Source of the DNA: a virus
Taxonomy: Duplodnaviria > Caudoviricetes
DNA length: 36,741 bases
Virus record (IMG/VR): IMGVR_UViG_3300014775_000538
Location: 1 to 36,741 of that record
Reading direction: 5' to 3' (one strand)
Shown here: positions 1 to 7,655 of the stretch, piece after piece
Layout: each line of letters begins with the position of its first letter
Position numbering within the stretch: position 1 is the first letter of the stretch
The notes under the pieces: generated by a model
Databases searched by the model: none
Told to the model about the DNA's origin: nothing
Seen by the model: the letters and a program-made list of their open reading frames with translations, nothing else
Made by a program: the position numbers and the translations under genes

Positions 1-30
1 TAATTCATGATTGCAATGCCAACAGTTCAT
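1..30 (-). CDS. Partial small CxxC (zinc-ribbon-like) protein running off the left edge
   Basis: ATG at 30 overlaps the helicase stop (ATGA). Reads MNCWHCNHEL and stays open to the window edge. Confidence 0.6.
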   Translation of the reverse strand, partial: MNCWHCNHEL

Positions 31-1544
31 AAGTTATGACTCCTCGCTAAGTCCTGTGGATCAACGATGTACAAGTTCTTCTTTGCTCTTGTGACACCAA
101 CGTAAAAAACCCTGTGTGTATCGTCAGGGTTAATTCTCATTTCCATTTCAGCCGCCGGACTCAGGTCCGTGAGCAGTACAACGTTGTCCGCTTCACCACA
201 TTTTGAGCCGTGGATCGTGGACGCTGTAATCCGAGGCACTCCCGTGAACTTCTCACCACGCCGCAACAATGCGGTGATGTACGCACGATCTGTCTCGGGT
301 AGCTTGTCCATCGCCTCTGACCAAATCATGTCCTTGCTCGCCAATAACCCGTGGTTGTTGACTAGCTGATCAAACGTAACAAGATCGGTATCGTCAAGAG
401 CGGGGAGCTTTTTAAACCCGCGTTGAATTCTTTTGTTGATTGACATGTAGCCGTATATCTTACGCGCAATGTCTCCAGAAATCTCTTTGCCCTTGCGTAA
501 CGTTTCCCAACCACGCACAGCATCCGATATCTTTTCGTTAATGGACCGTGAGCCGCGGTAATTGAATAGGTATCCACCCGATTTGAGGTCCGTCGCAATA
601 GCCTGTAGGTGATACCCAGCTTGAGATAGGATTAACCACTCGCCCTCTGACATATCTAATGATTCAATACCGTTGATGCGAACAACCGCACCTTCTTCTT
701 CACGCGGTAGATATGTCTTTGGGAATCGGCCAGAGATACGACTTGCCACGTTCTCCGCAAGACGGTGCACGGAACTCGGTACACGGTACGATTGTTGTAG
801 TGTTTCCGACTGACTGTTTAGACTGATGAAGTGATCCACGTCCGCACCGCCCCATCTGTAAATGGCCTGATCATCATCACCCGCAACATACATCCGTTCC
901 GAATGCTTTGACAAAATGTGTGCGATATCCCATTGCAGTGGTGACAAATCTTGCGCTTCATCTAGGAAGGTCAGTTTAAAACGTGGGCAACACTTGTCAC
1001 TTTCGTCAATAAACATCTGGAGCATGTCAGTAAAGTCATAAAGCCCCATCGTTTCTTTGTAGCTTTTCAAGGCTCGATCTACATAATCGACTTCACTCCA
1101 CGGCATGGATAAGTTGCTTCGGTTGTACTCTTGTCGCAAGGGTACTTTCTTCACACGAGCCAGATTGATTAGCGTGACAATCGGATTCTGTTTATTGGCT
1201 ATGGTGTATATATCGTCATCAAGGTCCGTGTTCCGTGCGCCGTTAAGCTCGATCCCAATGCGGTGACCCAACTCTCGGTAGTGTTGATCACTCATCACGC
1301 TCTCTAAACTAATAGACGTTTGCGTGAGCGCAAGACTATGTAGCGTTCGGAAATACAACAGGTCCGTCTTGGGGTTCAACCCAAAGCGAGCCGCCGCACG
1401 TTCTTTCGCTTCCGTTGCGGCTTTCTTCGTAAACGCGAGGAAGGCAATCTCCTTCGGGTCCATACCCTCAGAGAGTGCTTTATCCACCATGTTTAGAAGG
1501 GTTGTTGTTTTACCCGTTCCTGGGGGTCCGAAGATCCTGAACAT
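27..1544 (-). CDS. UvrD/Rep-like superfamily 1 DNA helicase
   Basis: Walker A GPPGTGKT, AFT motif, FRTLHS, Walker B LDEAQD, GDDDQAIY, QSYR, TIHxSKxGE and YVGVTRAK motifs. Confidence 0.93.
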   Translation of the reverse strand: MFRIFGPPGTGKTTTLLNMVDKALSEGMDPKEIAFLAFTKKAATEAKERAAARFGLNPKTDLLYFRTLHSLALTQTSISLESVMSDQHYRELGHRIGIELNGARNTDLDDDIYTIANKQNPIVTLINLARVKKVPLRQEYNRSNLSMPWSEVDYVDRALKSYKETMGLYDFTDMLQMFIDESDKCCPRFKLTFLDEAQDLSPLQWDIAHILSKHSERMYVAGDDDQAIYRWGGADVDHFISLNSQSETLQQSYRVPSSVHRLAENVASRISGRFPKTYLPREEEGAVVRINGIESLDMSEGEWLILSQAGYHLQAIATDLKSGGYLFNYRGSRSINEKISDAVRGWETLRKGKEISGDIARKIYGYMSINKRIQRGFKKLPALDDTDLVTFDQLVNNHGLLASKDMIWSEAMDKLPETDRAYITALLRRGEKFTGVPRITASTIHGSKCGEADNVVLLTDLSPAAEMEMRINPDDTHRVFYVGVTRAKKNLYIVDPQDLARSHNL

Positions 1545-1674
1545 CGCGGTGCTTGTTTACAATTTGTCGTACACGCTCTTTGGTCAAGCCAAAGTGTTTA
1601 CCGATTGCGGTAAGCGTTCGATGTTCTTGGGTGTGCATTTCGTAAATGCGTTTATCACGTTGTTCTGGATTCAA
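1510..1674 (-). CDS. Small sigma70 region-4-like helix-turn-helix protein (54 aa, not in ORF track)
   Basis: TTG start overlaps the primase stop (TTGA), with SD AAGGAG upstream. Translation MNPEQRDKRIYEMHTQEHRTLTAIGKHFGLTKERVRQIVNKHRDVQDLRTPRNG matches the sigma region 4.2 pattern TLxEIGxxFxxTRERVRQI. Confidence 0.85.
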   Translation of the reverse strand: MNPEQRDKRIYEMHTQEHRTLTAIGKHFGLTKERVRQIVNKHRDVQDLRTPRNG

Positions 1675-3206
1675 AACGGTGACTCCTTCTGTTTAAACTT
1701 GGGTATGCTGACCTGTATTTCTTGGTTCTGAAATCTAGGTATTTTCCAAACCCGCACTGATTTTCCCTTGATGTTCATGACTATGTTCTCTCCCTGAATA
1801 TCTTTGATGTACTTACCAATCTTGTTGCGCTTGAACTCAAAGAACTTGTTCTTCTTTAGGTAATCTTCAAAGTCTTTCAACCTAAAGTAAGTAAGGTCGT
1901 GTTCATCGTCGGTCCAAGGGCGACGCAATAAGATTTCTTCTTTGTCTTGCGCTTGGTGCATGTTCGTACAAAACTCTTCCAAGTAATCGTAGAACTGTCC
2001 GACCGAGGTCACGTCCTGTGACACTTCGATAATCGCACCTTCGTTGTCTTTCATCTCTGCCAAAAGACCACTGATGCGCCCCTCCCAGTTTTGTTTCTTC
2101 ATCGTGCGAGGCATAAAGTTGAGTTGCTCAAGGCAAGCTTTCTGGAAAGCACCTTGGCTCATCAATCCATCCGTGTCTAATTCCAACGGCTCCCCGTCTA
2201 CATCTAAGAACCAAAGGGGTGGAGTTGCGTTGTACTTTCGTAGGTTAGCAATTGTTGCTCCCGCGGCGGCTGCTCCGATACCAAACTTACGCGTCCGACA
2301 CAGGTCTTTATTGCAGTGAGCATTAATAGGAGCATCACCACACTTATACGCATAGTCTTTCCTCGTAAGTTGTTTTGCTACTATGTTGACCTCTCCCAAT
2401 GGAAGAGGTGGTGCGAAGAAATCAGAATTGTATTTTAATATTTCTGATTCCCACGAGTCAGGGTGAGCCTTGCGTAGGTACACACCCATGTTAAACAACC
2501 CATTGTTACGACCACCCTCAGATATTTTTTGTCTGCTCAGTATCTGTAAGCACGGTGGTCCGTCGGCCAAGAGCTTTGTTTCTTTGGCCTCGCTGATCTG
2601 TTGTAGCTTTGTGATCTCTTCTGAGGTTTGTACAAACTTATCGTATAGTTCGTAGAACTCATCGAGCGTGGCTGACGTACCGTCGTCGAGAAATGCGTAA
2701 CGTAATCCGTCCTCACGGTTAAAATAAGGTAGGTTTAGAAAGTTACCAACATCTCCGCGGTCTAAATGTAATCGAATTTGTTTCGGGAAAATCTCGCTTT
2801 CGCCATAACCCAAAGCCGCAGATATATTCTTAAGGGCTTTTTGCATGTCTTGAGCTGAGACCCATTCATTACTAAATAGAAAGCAGTGCGCCCCGCCAGA
2901 CTTAGATCGGCAGACGACAAGAGGGATCTTGAGATCGCGTATTTTTTTAACGAGTGCCGCATGGTCGAGCGGGTACTGATCGATATCAATGCAACCCCAC
3001 TTACAAGAATCCTGTTCGTTAATTGGGATAATGCCAAGACCATCTTTCCCCTCGATGTGGTCTTCAAATAATTTTAGCGTAGGTTCTTCGCGGATAACAC
3101 CCGCTCTCCCCGCTTTTTTGCCATTGGCTTTTTCTTTTTCTATCTTGAAGAATCCGTATGCGGATTTCAGTCCTTCAAAGATAGTTGCAAACTTTTCAAT
3201 TGACAT
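1671..3206 (-). CDS. Archaeo-eukaryotic primase (AEP/primpol) with PriCT-like domain
   Basis: WGCIDID (DxD), RSKSGGAH (SxxGxH), GNFLNLPY and PriCT-type EGGRNNGLF motifs, then a Cys cluster (YKC...HC...LC). Start placed at ATG 3206 using SD GGGAGA. Confidence 0.8.
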   Translation of the reverse strand: MSIEKFATIFEGLKSAYGFFKIEKEKANGKKAGRAGVIREEPTLKLFEDHIEGKDGLGIIPINEQDSCKWGCIDIDQYPLDHAALVKKIRDLKIPLVVCRSKSGGAHCFLFSNEWVSAQDMQKALKNISAALGYGESEIFPKQIRLHLDRGDVGNFLNLPYFNREDGLRYAFLDDGTSATLDEFYELYDKFVQTSEEITKLQQISEAKETKLLADGPPCLQILSRQKISEGGRNNGLFNMGVYLRKAHPDSWESEILKYNSDFFAPPLPLGEVNIVAKQLTRKDYAYKCGDAPINAHCNKDLCRTRKFGIGAAAAGATIANLRKYNATPPLWFLDVDGEPLELDTDGLMSQGAFQKACLEQLNFMPRTMKKQNWEGRISGLLAEMKDNEGAIIEVSQDVTSVGQFYDYLEEFCTNMHQAQDKEEILLRRPWTDDEHDLTYFRLKDFEDYLKKNKFFEFKRNKIGKYIKDIQGENIVMNIKGKSVRVWKIPRFQNQEIQVSIPKFKQKESPF

Positions 3207-3225
3207 AAAGTCTCCCACGTTGGTC

Positions 3226-3243
3226 GGGCGGGTTGCCCCGCCC
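3226..3243 (-). other. GC-rich intergenic hairpin with GCAA tetraloop
   Basis: Minus strand GGGCGGG-GCAA-CCCGCCC between the SSB and primase genes, with no U-tract. Confidence 0.6.
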
Positions 3244-3251
3244 TCCGATGA

Positions 3252-4031
3252 TTAGAATGGTATTGAATCTCCATCACTGTCATCGGTCTCACCAACGTGC
3301 TTGACTACAACGTCTCCGGCAAGGATGTCCTCAGAAAACTTCTTAGCCTGAGTGTAAAGAGCCGCGTCTTCGATCTGACCTTCAAGCGACATCTCCCAAC
3401 CGTGCCAAGAACCCTTTGAGTTTTCCTCTTGGATTGTTTTCAAAAGATATATGTGGCTGTACCGAGGTGGCGTGAAAGCACCGTTAGCACCTTGCATCAC
3501 CCGCGAGGCCATCATCGAGTTCCACTTACGAGACTTCTTAAGCTGTGTTGACTTCATTGCAATCAACGCAGTTTCCGCAGTGCCATCATCGTTTAACACA
3601 ACTACGAAATGTTGGTGTGTCTCTTCGATGTACTCACCATTAGTGCCGACTACATAATCCTTGTTGTCGTCAGGGGACCTTTCGGTCTTTGGTCTCTCAT
3701 CTTGAGGTGTGTAGATAGCGCTAGGTGCGCCGGTCCCGCTACCACGTGGAGCCCACTGAATAAACCTACGCTGATAAGCACAAGGAATAACCCGTATACC
3801 TGTCTTACCCTTGTAGATTTTCCCAGTAACGGTATTGTAAATATCACCCTTGCGAGCCTCCTCGTTTTCATCAAGTACGGGATCATTACCTGATAGTACC
3901 TTAATAAACGGTAGTGCAAGATCCTCTTGCCCTACGTTCTCCATTCCTTTGCCAGCATCAGCCTCAAAGATGGATGGATCGAAAACGGTCACGCCGTTCT
4001 GCTTTTGCTTTGCTACTTCGGTCTTAGCCAT
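3252..4031 (-). CDS. Putative single-stranded DNA-binding protein
   Basis: Located in the replication operon. Acidic C-terminal tail ending DDSDGDSIPF is typical of SSBs; also DLALPFIKVL and KKSRKWNS motifs. Confidence 0.7.
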   Translation of the reverse strand: MAKTEVAKQKQNGVTVFDPSIFEADAGKGMENVGQEDLALPFIKVLSGNDPVLDENEEARKGDIYNTVTGKIYKGKTGIRVIPCAYQRRFIQWAPRGSGTGAPSAIYTPQDERPKTERSPDDNKDYVVGTNGEYIEETHQHFVVVLNDDGTAETALIAMKSTQLKKSRKWNSMMASRVMQGANGAFTPPRYSHIYLLKTIQEENSKGSWHGWEMSLEGQIEDAALYTQAKKFSEDILAGDVVVKHVGETDDSDGDSIPF

Positions 4032-4603
4032 TATTTTTTACCTTTCTTGATGGTTGCACGTTGTCCTACCCAAGCTCCAAACAATTCCATTGGGAATTCA
4101 TCACCAGCCTCTACCCGTTCCTTGATGAAAGCCCGAAGTGTTTGTGGGTGAACATCTGTTTTAGTCTGAGCATCAAAGCCATGTTGCGAGGCGAACTCTG
4201 CAAAACGTTTTGCAACTTCATCCTCTCCCCGTCCGAATGAACAAGCGACGGTGTTCTTGATGATGTCGTCATAGCCGTTATCACGAAGCCAATCGTAAGC
4301 GGCTGGACGATTATCGACTTTGATAGAAGCGCCATACGTTTGCTTCACCTCGACGGTCGAACCATCTTCAAGCTCCAACTTGTTCAAACCTAATTCTAGA
4401 AACATGCCCGGTAAATCTTCGTCAGTCAGTTTAAGTAAAGCTTTCTTTTCTGCTGACAACTTTTCTTCTAACTCTGCAATCAAGTTTTCTTTGTCTCTGA
4501 TCTTAGTTGCAGTGTCTGCTACACTTTTGAGTCCATCTTGGCTCAGGCTCTCCACCGAACTTTTCGGTTTTGATTCCTGCTCCATTAACGCTGTCAAGTC
4601 CAT
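4031..4603 (-). CDS. Conserved phage replication-module protein (coiled-coil N-terminus, VHPQTL motif)
   Basis: Start at ATG 4603 with SD AAAGGAGGA. Motifs WLRDNGYDDIIKN and VHPQTLRAFIKE. Translationally coupled to the SSB gene. Confidence 0.7.
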   Translation of the reverse strand: MDLTALMEQESKPKSSVESLSQDGLKSVADTATKIRDKENLIAELEEKLSAEKKALLKLTDEDLPGMFLELGLNKLELEDGSTVEVKQTYGASIKVDNRPAAYDWLRDNGYDDIIKNTVACSFGRGEDEVAKRFAEFASQHGFDAQTKTDVHPQTLRAFIKERVEAGDEFPMELFGAWVGQRATIKKGKK

Positions 4604-4639
4604 AGTTCCTCCTTTCGTTGTTAAAGACCATATCTGGCC

Positions 4640-4669
4640 TTGACAAATGCGTATATTAAACATTATCCT
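4640..4669 (+). promoter_or_regulatory. Sigma70-type promoter for the SNF2 helicase
   Basis: TTGACA (4640-4645), 18 nt spacer, TATCCT (4664-4669). Confidence 0.55.
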
Positions 4670-4680
4670 AGAAATGTCAA
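4653..4680 (-). promoter_or_regulatory. Sigma70-type promoter for the leftward replication operon
   Basis: Minus-strand TTGACA (4680-4675), 16 nt spacer, TAATAT. Overlaps the rightward promoter. Confidence 0.55.
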
Positions 4681-4697
4681 CCACAAGAGGAATTATT

Positions 4698-6146
4698 TTG
4701 AAAGACTACAAATTTGAAACAGAACCCTTTGATCACCAACGAAACGTGATCCGTGATTCGTGGGCCGCGCCTTATTACGCGCTGTTCATGGAAATGGGTA
4801 CTGGTAAAACAAAAGTAGCGATTGATACTATGGGCATTCTGTATGAAGCCAAAAAGATCAAAGCTGTGTTAGTTATCGCACCGAAAGGGGTATTCGATAA
4901 CTGGGTTAAGAAAGAGGTCCCCGTCCATCTTCCCAAAAGAATACCGCGAAAGATCGTGCGTTGGCAACCGAATATCACACAAAAGTTTCACGACGAGCTT
5001 GAACCGTTTGTTCTCGACCCGTTTGACGGCATGAAAATCTTTGTCATGAACGTCGAAGCTTTCAGCACTCGAAAGGGTGTGCAGATCGCCAAAGTATTTT
5101 TATCCAAGAATCCTGACAACATGGTGATTGTTGACGAGAGCACGACAATTAAAAACAGACAGGCGCAACGGACCAAGAACATTATTGCGTTGCAGAATGT
5201 CAGCAAGTATCGACGTATTTTGACAGGATCTCCGGTCACCAAAAGTCCGATGGATCTATTTAGTCAGTGTGAGTTTCTGTCTCCTAAGTGTCTTGGATAC
5301 AACAGTTACTACGCATTCCAAGGTCGCTACGCGAACACACAACAACGGACAATGGGCCATCGTAGCTTTCAGCAGATTGTCGGTTATCGCAGATTAGATG
5401 AATTAAATCAAAGGCTTGACCGGTTTAGTAACCGCATACTAAAAGAAGACTGTTTAGATCTTCCGGATAAAGTCTACATTCGTCGAAACGTAAATCTGAC
5501 CAAAGAGCAAACGAAGCTATACATGCAAATGAAAAAACTAGCATTGGCTAAACTCGATAACGGTGAGTTGGCTACGACCGCTAGTGTCTTGACTCAGATT
5601 ATGCGGTTGCAACAAATATGTTGTGGTTTCTTACAGCCAGACGAAGGTGAGATTGAGCCTATCCCGAATCATCGATTACCTGAATTAATGGAGGTAATTG
5701 ATGAGGTACAAGGCAAGGCGATCATCTGGGCCACGTACACGCATGATATCAAAAAGATCCGTGAGGCGTTGGCCGAGAAGTATGGTGAGGATTCCGTGGC
5801 TAATTACTACGGCGAGACCCCACAGGACGAACGTCAAGAGATTGTGGAGAGATTCCAAGATAAAGATAGTCCATTACGGTTTTTTGTGGGTCAACCACGG
5901 ACCGGAGGCTACGGCATTACGTTGACTGCCGCGAACACGGTGATCTATTACAGCAACAGTTATGACTTGGAGATCCGCTTGCAGTCTGAGGACAGAGCGC
6001 ATCGTATTGGCCAGACTAACAAGGTGACATACATTGATCTTGTGTCACCTCAGACAATCGACGAAAAAATTCTAGGTGCATTGAAAAACAAAATTGATAT
6101 AGCGGGTCAGGTTCTAGGCGAAGATGCCCGTGATTGGTTACTTTAA
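4698..6146 (+). CDS. SNF2-family (SF2) helicase/ATPase
   Basis: EMGTGKT Walker A, IVDES Walker B, LTGSP, RLQQI, GGYGITLT and QSEDRAHRIGQ motifs. Likely TTG start at 4698 behind SD AGAGGA. Confidence 0.93.
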   Translation: MKDYKFETEPFDHQRNVIRDSWAAPYYALFMEMGTGKTKVAIDTMGILYEAKKIKAVLVIAPKGVFDNWVKKEVPVHLPKRIPRKIVRWQPNITQKFHDELEPFVLDPFDGMKIFVMNVEAFSTRKGVQIAKVFLSKNPDNMVIVDESTTIKNRQAQRTKNIIALQNVSKYRRILTGSPVTKSPMDLFSQCEFLSPKCLGYNSYYAFQGRYANTQQRTMGHRSFQQIVGYRRLDELNQRLDRFSNRILKEDCLDLPDKVYIRRNVNLTKEQTKLYMQMKKLALAKLDNGELATTASVLTQIMRLQQICCGFLQPDEGEIEPIPNHRLPELMEVIDEVQGKAIIWATYTHDIKKIREALAEKYGEDSVANYYGETPQDERQEIVERFQDKDSPLRFFVGQPRTGGYGITLTAANTVIYYSNSYDLEIRLQSEDRAHRIGQTNKVTYIDLVSPQTIDEKILGALKNKIDIAGQVLGEDARDWLL

Positions 6147-6155
6147 GGAGGAGTT

Positions 6156-6317
6156 ATGAGAGACAACAGCAACTGGACATTACGTTTTAATCGAACATCC
6201 CGAGACGCACTGGGCTACGACCTAAAGGCGTCTGACTTTAAGTCGGAAAACGAAGAGTGGTTTTATGTCGCCGTATGTATCTTTTTAGGCGGTGTATTAG
6301 GGGCGATTTTTTTCTAG
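6156..6317 (+). CDS. Small C-terminally anchored membrane protein (53 aa, not in ORF track)
   Basis: Strong SD AAGGAGGAG. Translation MRDNSNWTLRFNRTSRDALGYDLKASDFKSENEEWFYVAVCIFLGGVLGAIFF with a hydrophobic tail. Confidence 0.75.
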   Translation: MRDNSNWTLRFNRTSRDALGYDLKASDFKSENEEWFYVAVCIFLGGVLGAIFF

Positions 6318-7655
6318 GAAACGTTGAATACGGCTGACCATATCTTGGTCTGCTTCTGAAGGCACGGGGAAACGTAACTCGGTACGACCAGCAAAAGGAC
6401 TTTTACCTTCTGCTATTCGTTCCATTGCGTGTCTTCGTGCTTTCATAACTACAGATTCTGACGGAGGCAACTGACGAGAAGATCTCATAACGGTGTCATT
6501 TATCTCTTCTCTCGTTAGCGTTGGGACAATCGAAGGATAGTCTCCGATATCACTGTCGTATAAAGAGTATTCGGTTACCGCCTGACCACTAGGTGAAGTT
6601 AGCTCACCAAAGTATCCTTTACCTTTTAATGAGTCGCTTATAACGTTTCTAGTATCTCCACTGTATCGAATTCCGTAAGGGTTTAATTCGGCTACATTAT
6701 CTTTTGTCACCTCGCCACCTTTTTCCATCATTGCGGCTATTGGTGGAATAGAAGATCCAAGCCCTCCCATAGTTGAAGACTGATTGAATCCGCCCATAGT
6801 TGGAGACTGATTGAATCCGCCCATATACTGTGGTTGCCCAAAAGTTTCCTTCTCTAAAGTATCAACCTGCTGTAAAAAGTCCCCTACTTTTTGAGCTGTT
6901 TCTTGAGAAGCTTGTCTCTGCAAGTCTCTTTGTGCTTGAGCCCCATAGGTGTTCATTAAATAATTACCATATTGCCTTAGCCCAGAAGGATTTCCCCCAC
7001 GGGGCATAACTCTACGATCACTAGGACCTTGGGATAAACCGTTGAAAGGTAAGCTACCTATTCCACCCATCATAGGGCTACCCATCATAGGGCTACCCAT
7101 CATAGGAGTACCGATTCCACCACCCACACCCATTACGTCACTCTGTGTTGTTGAACTATACGGAGAGGGGGGAGTGGTTGGCGAAAGGCTGCTCAGACGT
7201 GAAAATAACGAATTTCCAAAGGGGGAATTAGGCACAAAACCTCCTGATGCAAAGCTAAGAGAGCCAACCCCGTATTGTTGAGAGAACCCCGCAGGATTCT
7301 GAATAATGTTTACAGCATTTTGCCTAGCCACTTGTAATTGTTGAGCCCTGTTTTGAGCCGCAGTGTTAAACGCATCCAGTTCCTCTTGGGTAAACCCTGG
7401 ATCAGCTGGTTGTGTCGGAGCCGTTTGTGTAAATGCGCTTGTTCTAGGACCCGCATTGTAGGCTTCTATAGCTTTATTGTAAGCATCAACTTCTGCTTTA
7501 TACTTTTCTACAGCAGCGTCATAAGCTTCTGACCGAGTTTTATAGTCCTCAGCTTTAGCTCGATCTTCTGAAGTCAACGTGGTAGGTACAAGAACCTGAT
7601 TCGGGTTATATAACCCGCTTGCGCCTGAACCAAAACTAAAACGTGGGATAGCCAT
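6297..7655 (-). CDS. Putative internal virion protein; modular and low-complexity
   Basis: Last gene of the late operon (TAATG coupling). Three segments are separated by FASGGFV and MEKGGEV motifs. Confidence 0.65.
   Translation of the reverse strand: MAIPRFSFGSGASGLYNPNQVLVPTTLTSEDRAKAEDYKTRSEAYDAAVEKYKAEVDAYNKAIEAYNAGPRTSAFTQTAPTQPADPGFTQEELDAFNTAAQNRAQQLQVARQNAVNIIQNPAGFSQQYGVGSLSFASGGFVPNSPFGNSLFSRLSSLSPTTPPSPYSSTTQSDVMGVGGGIGTPMMGSPMMGSPMMGGIGSLPFNGLSQGPSDRRVMPRGGNPSGLRQYGNYLMNTYGAQAQRDLQRQASQETAQKVGDFLQQVDTLEKETFGQPQYMGGFNQSPTMGGFNQSSTMGGLGSSIPPIAAMMEKGGEVTKDNVAELNPYGIRYSGDTRNVISDSLKGKGYFGELTSPSGQAVTEYSLYDSDIGDYPSIVPTLTREEINDTVMRSSRQLPPSESVVMKARRHAMERIAEGKSPFAGRTELRFPVPSEADQDMVSRIQRFLEKNRP
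6766..6825. repeat. 27-bp in-frame tandem repeat (2.2 copies) encoding MGGFNQSxT
   Basis: cccatagttg(a/g)agactgattgaatccg twice, followed by cccata. Confidence 0.9.
7066..7106. repeat. 15-bp in-frame tandem repeat (2.7 copies) encoding PMMGS
   Basis: cccatcatagggcta twice, followed by cccatcatagg. Confidence 0.9.

Noticed and set aside
4604-4697. Longer N-termini for the 4031-4684 and 4647-6146 ORFs as given in the track
   Set aside because: They would overlap each other and the divergent promoters. Downstream starts (4603 and 4698) have clear SD sequences.
6766-6825. 27-bp direct repeats as a possible mini-CRISPR array
   Set aside because: The repeats are contiguous with no spacers, are in frame within a CDS, and no cas genes are present.
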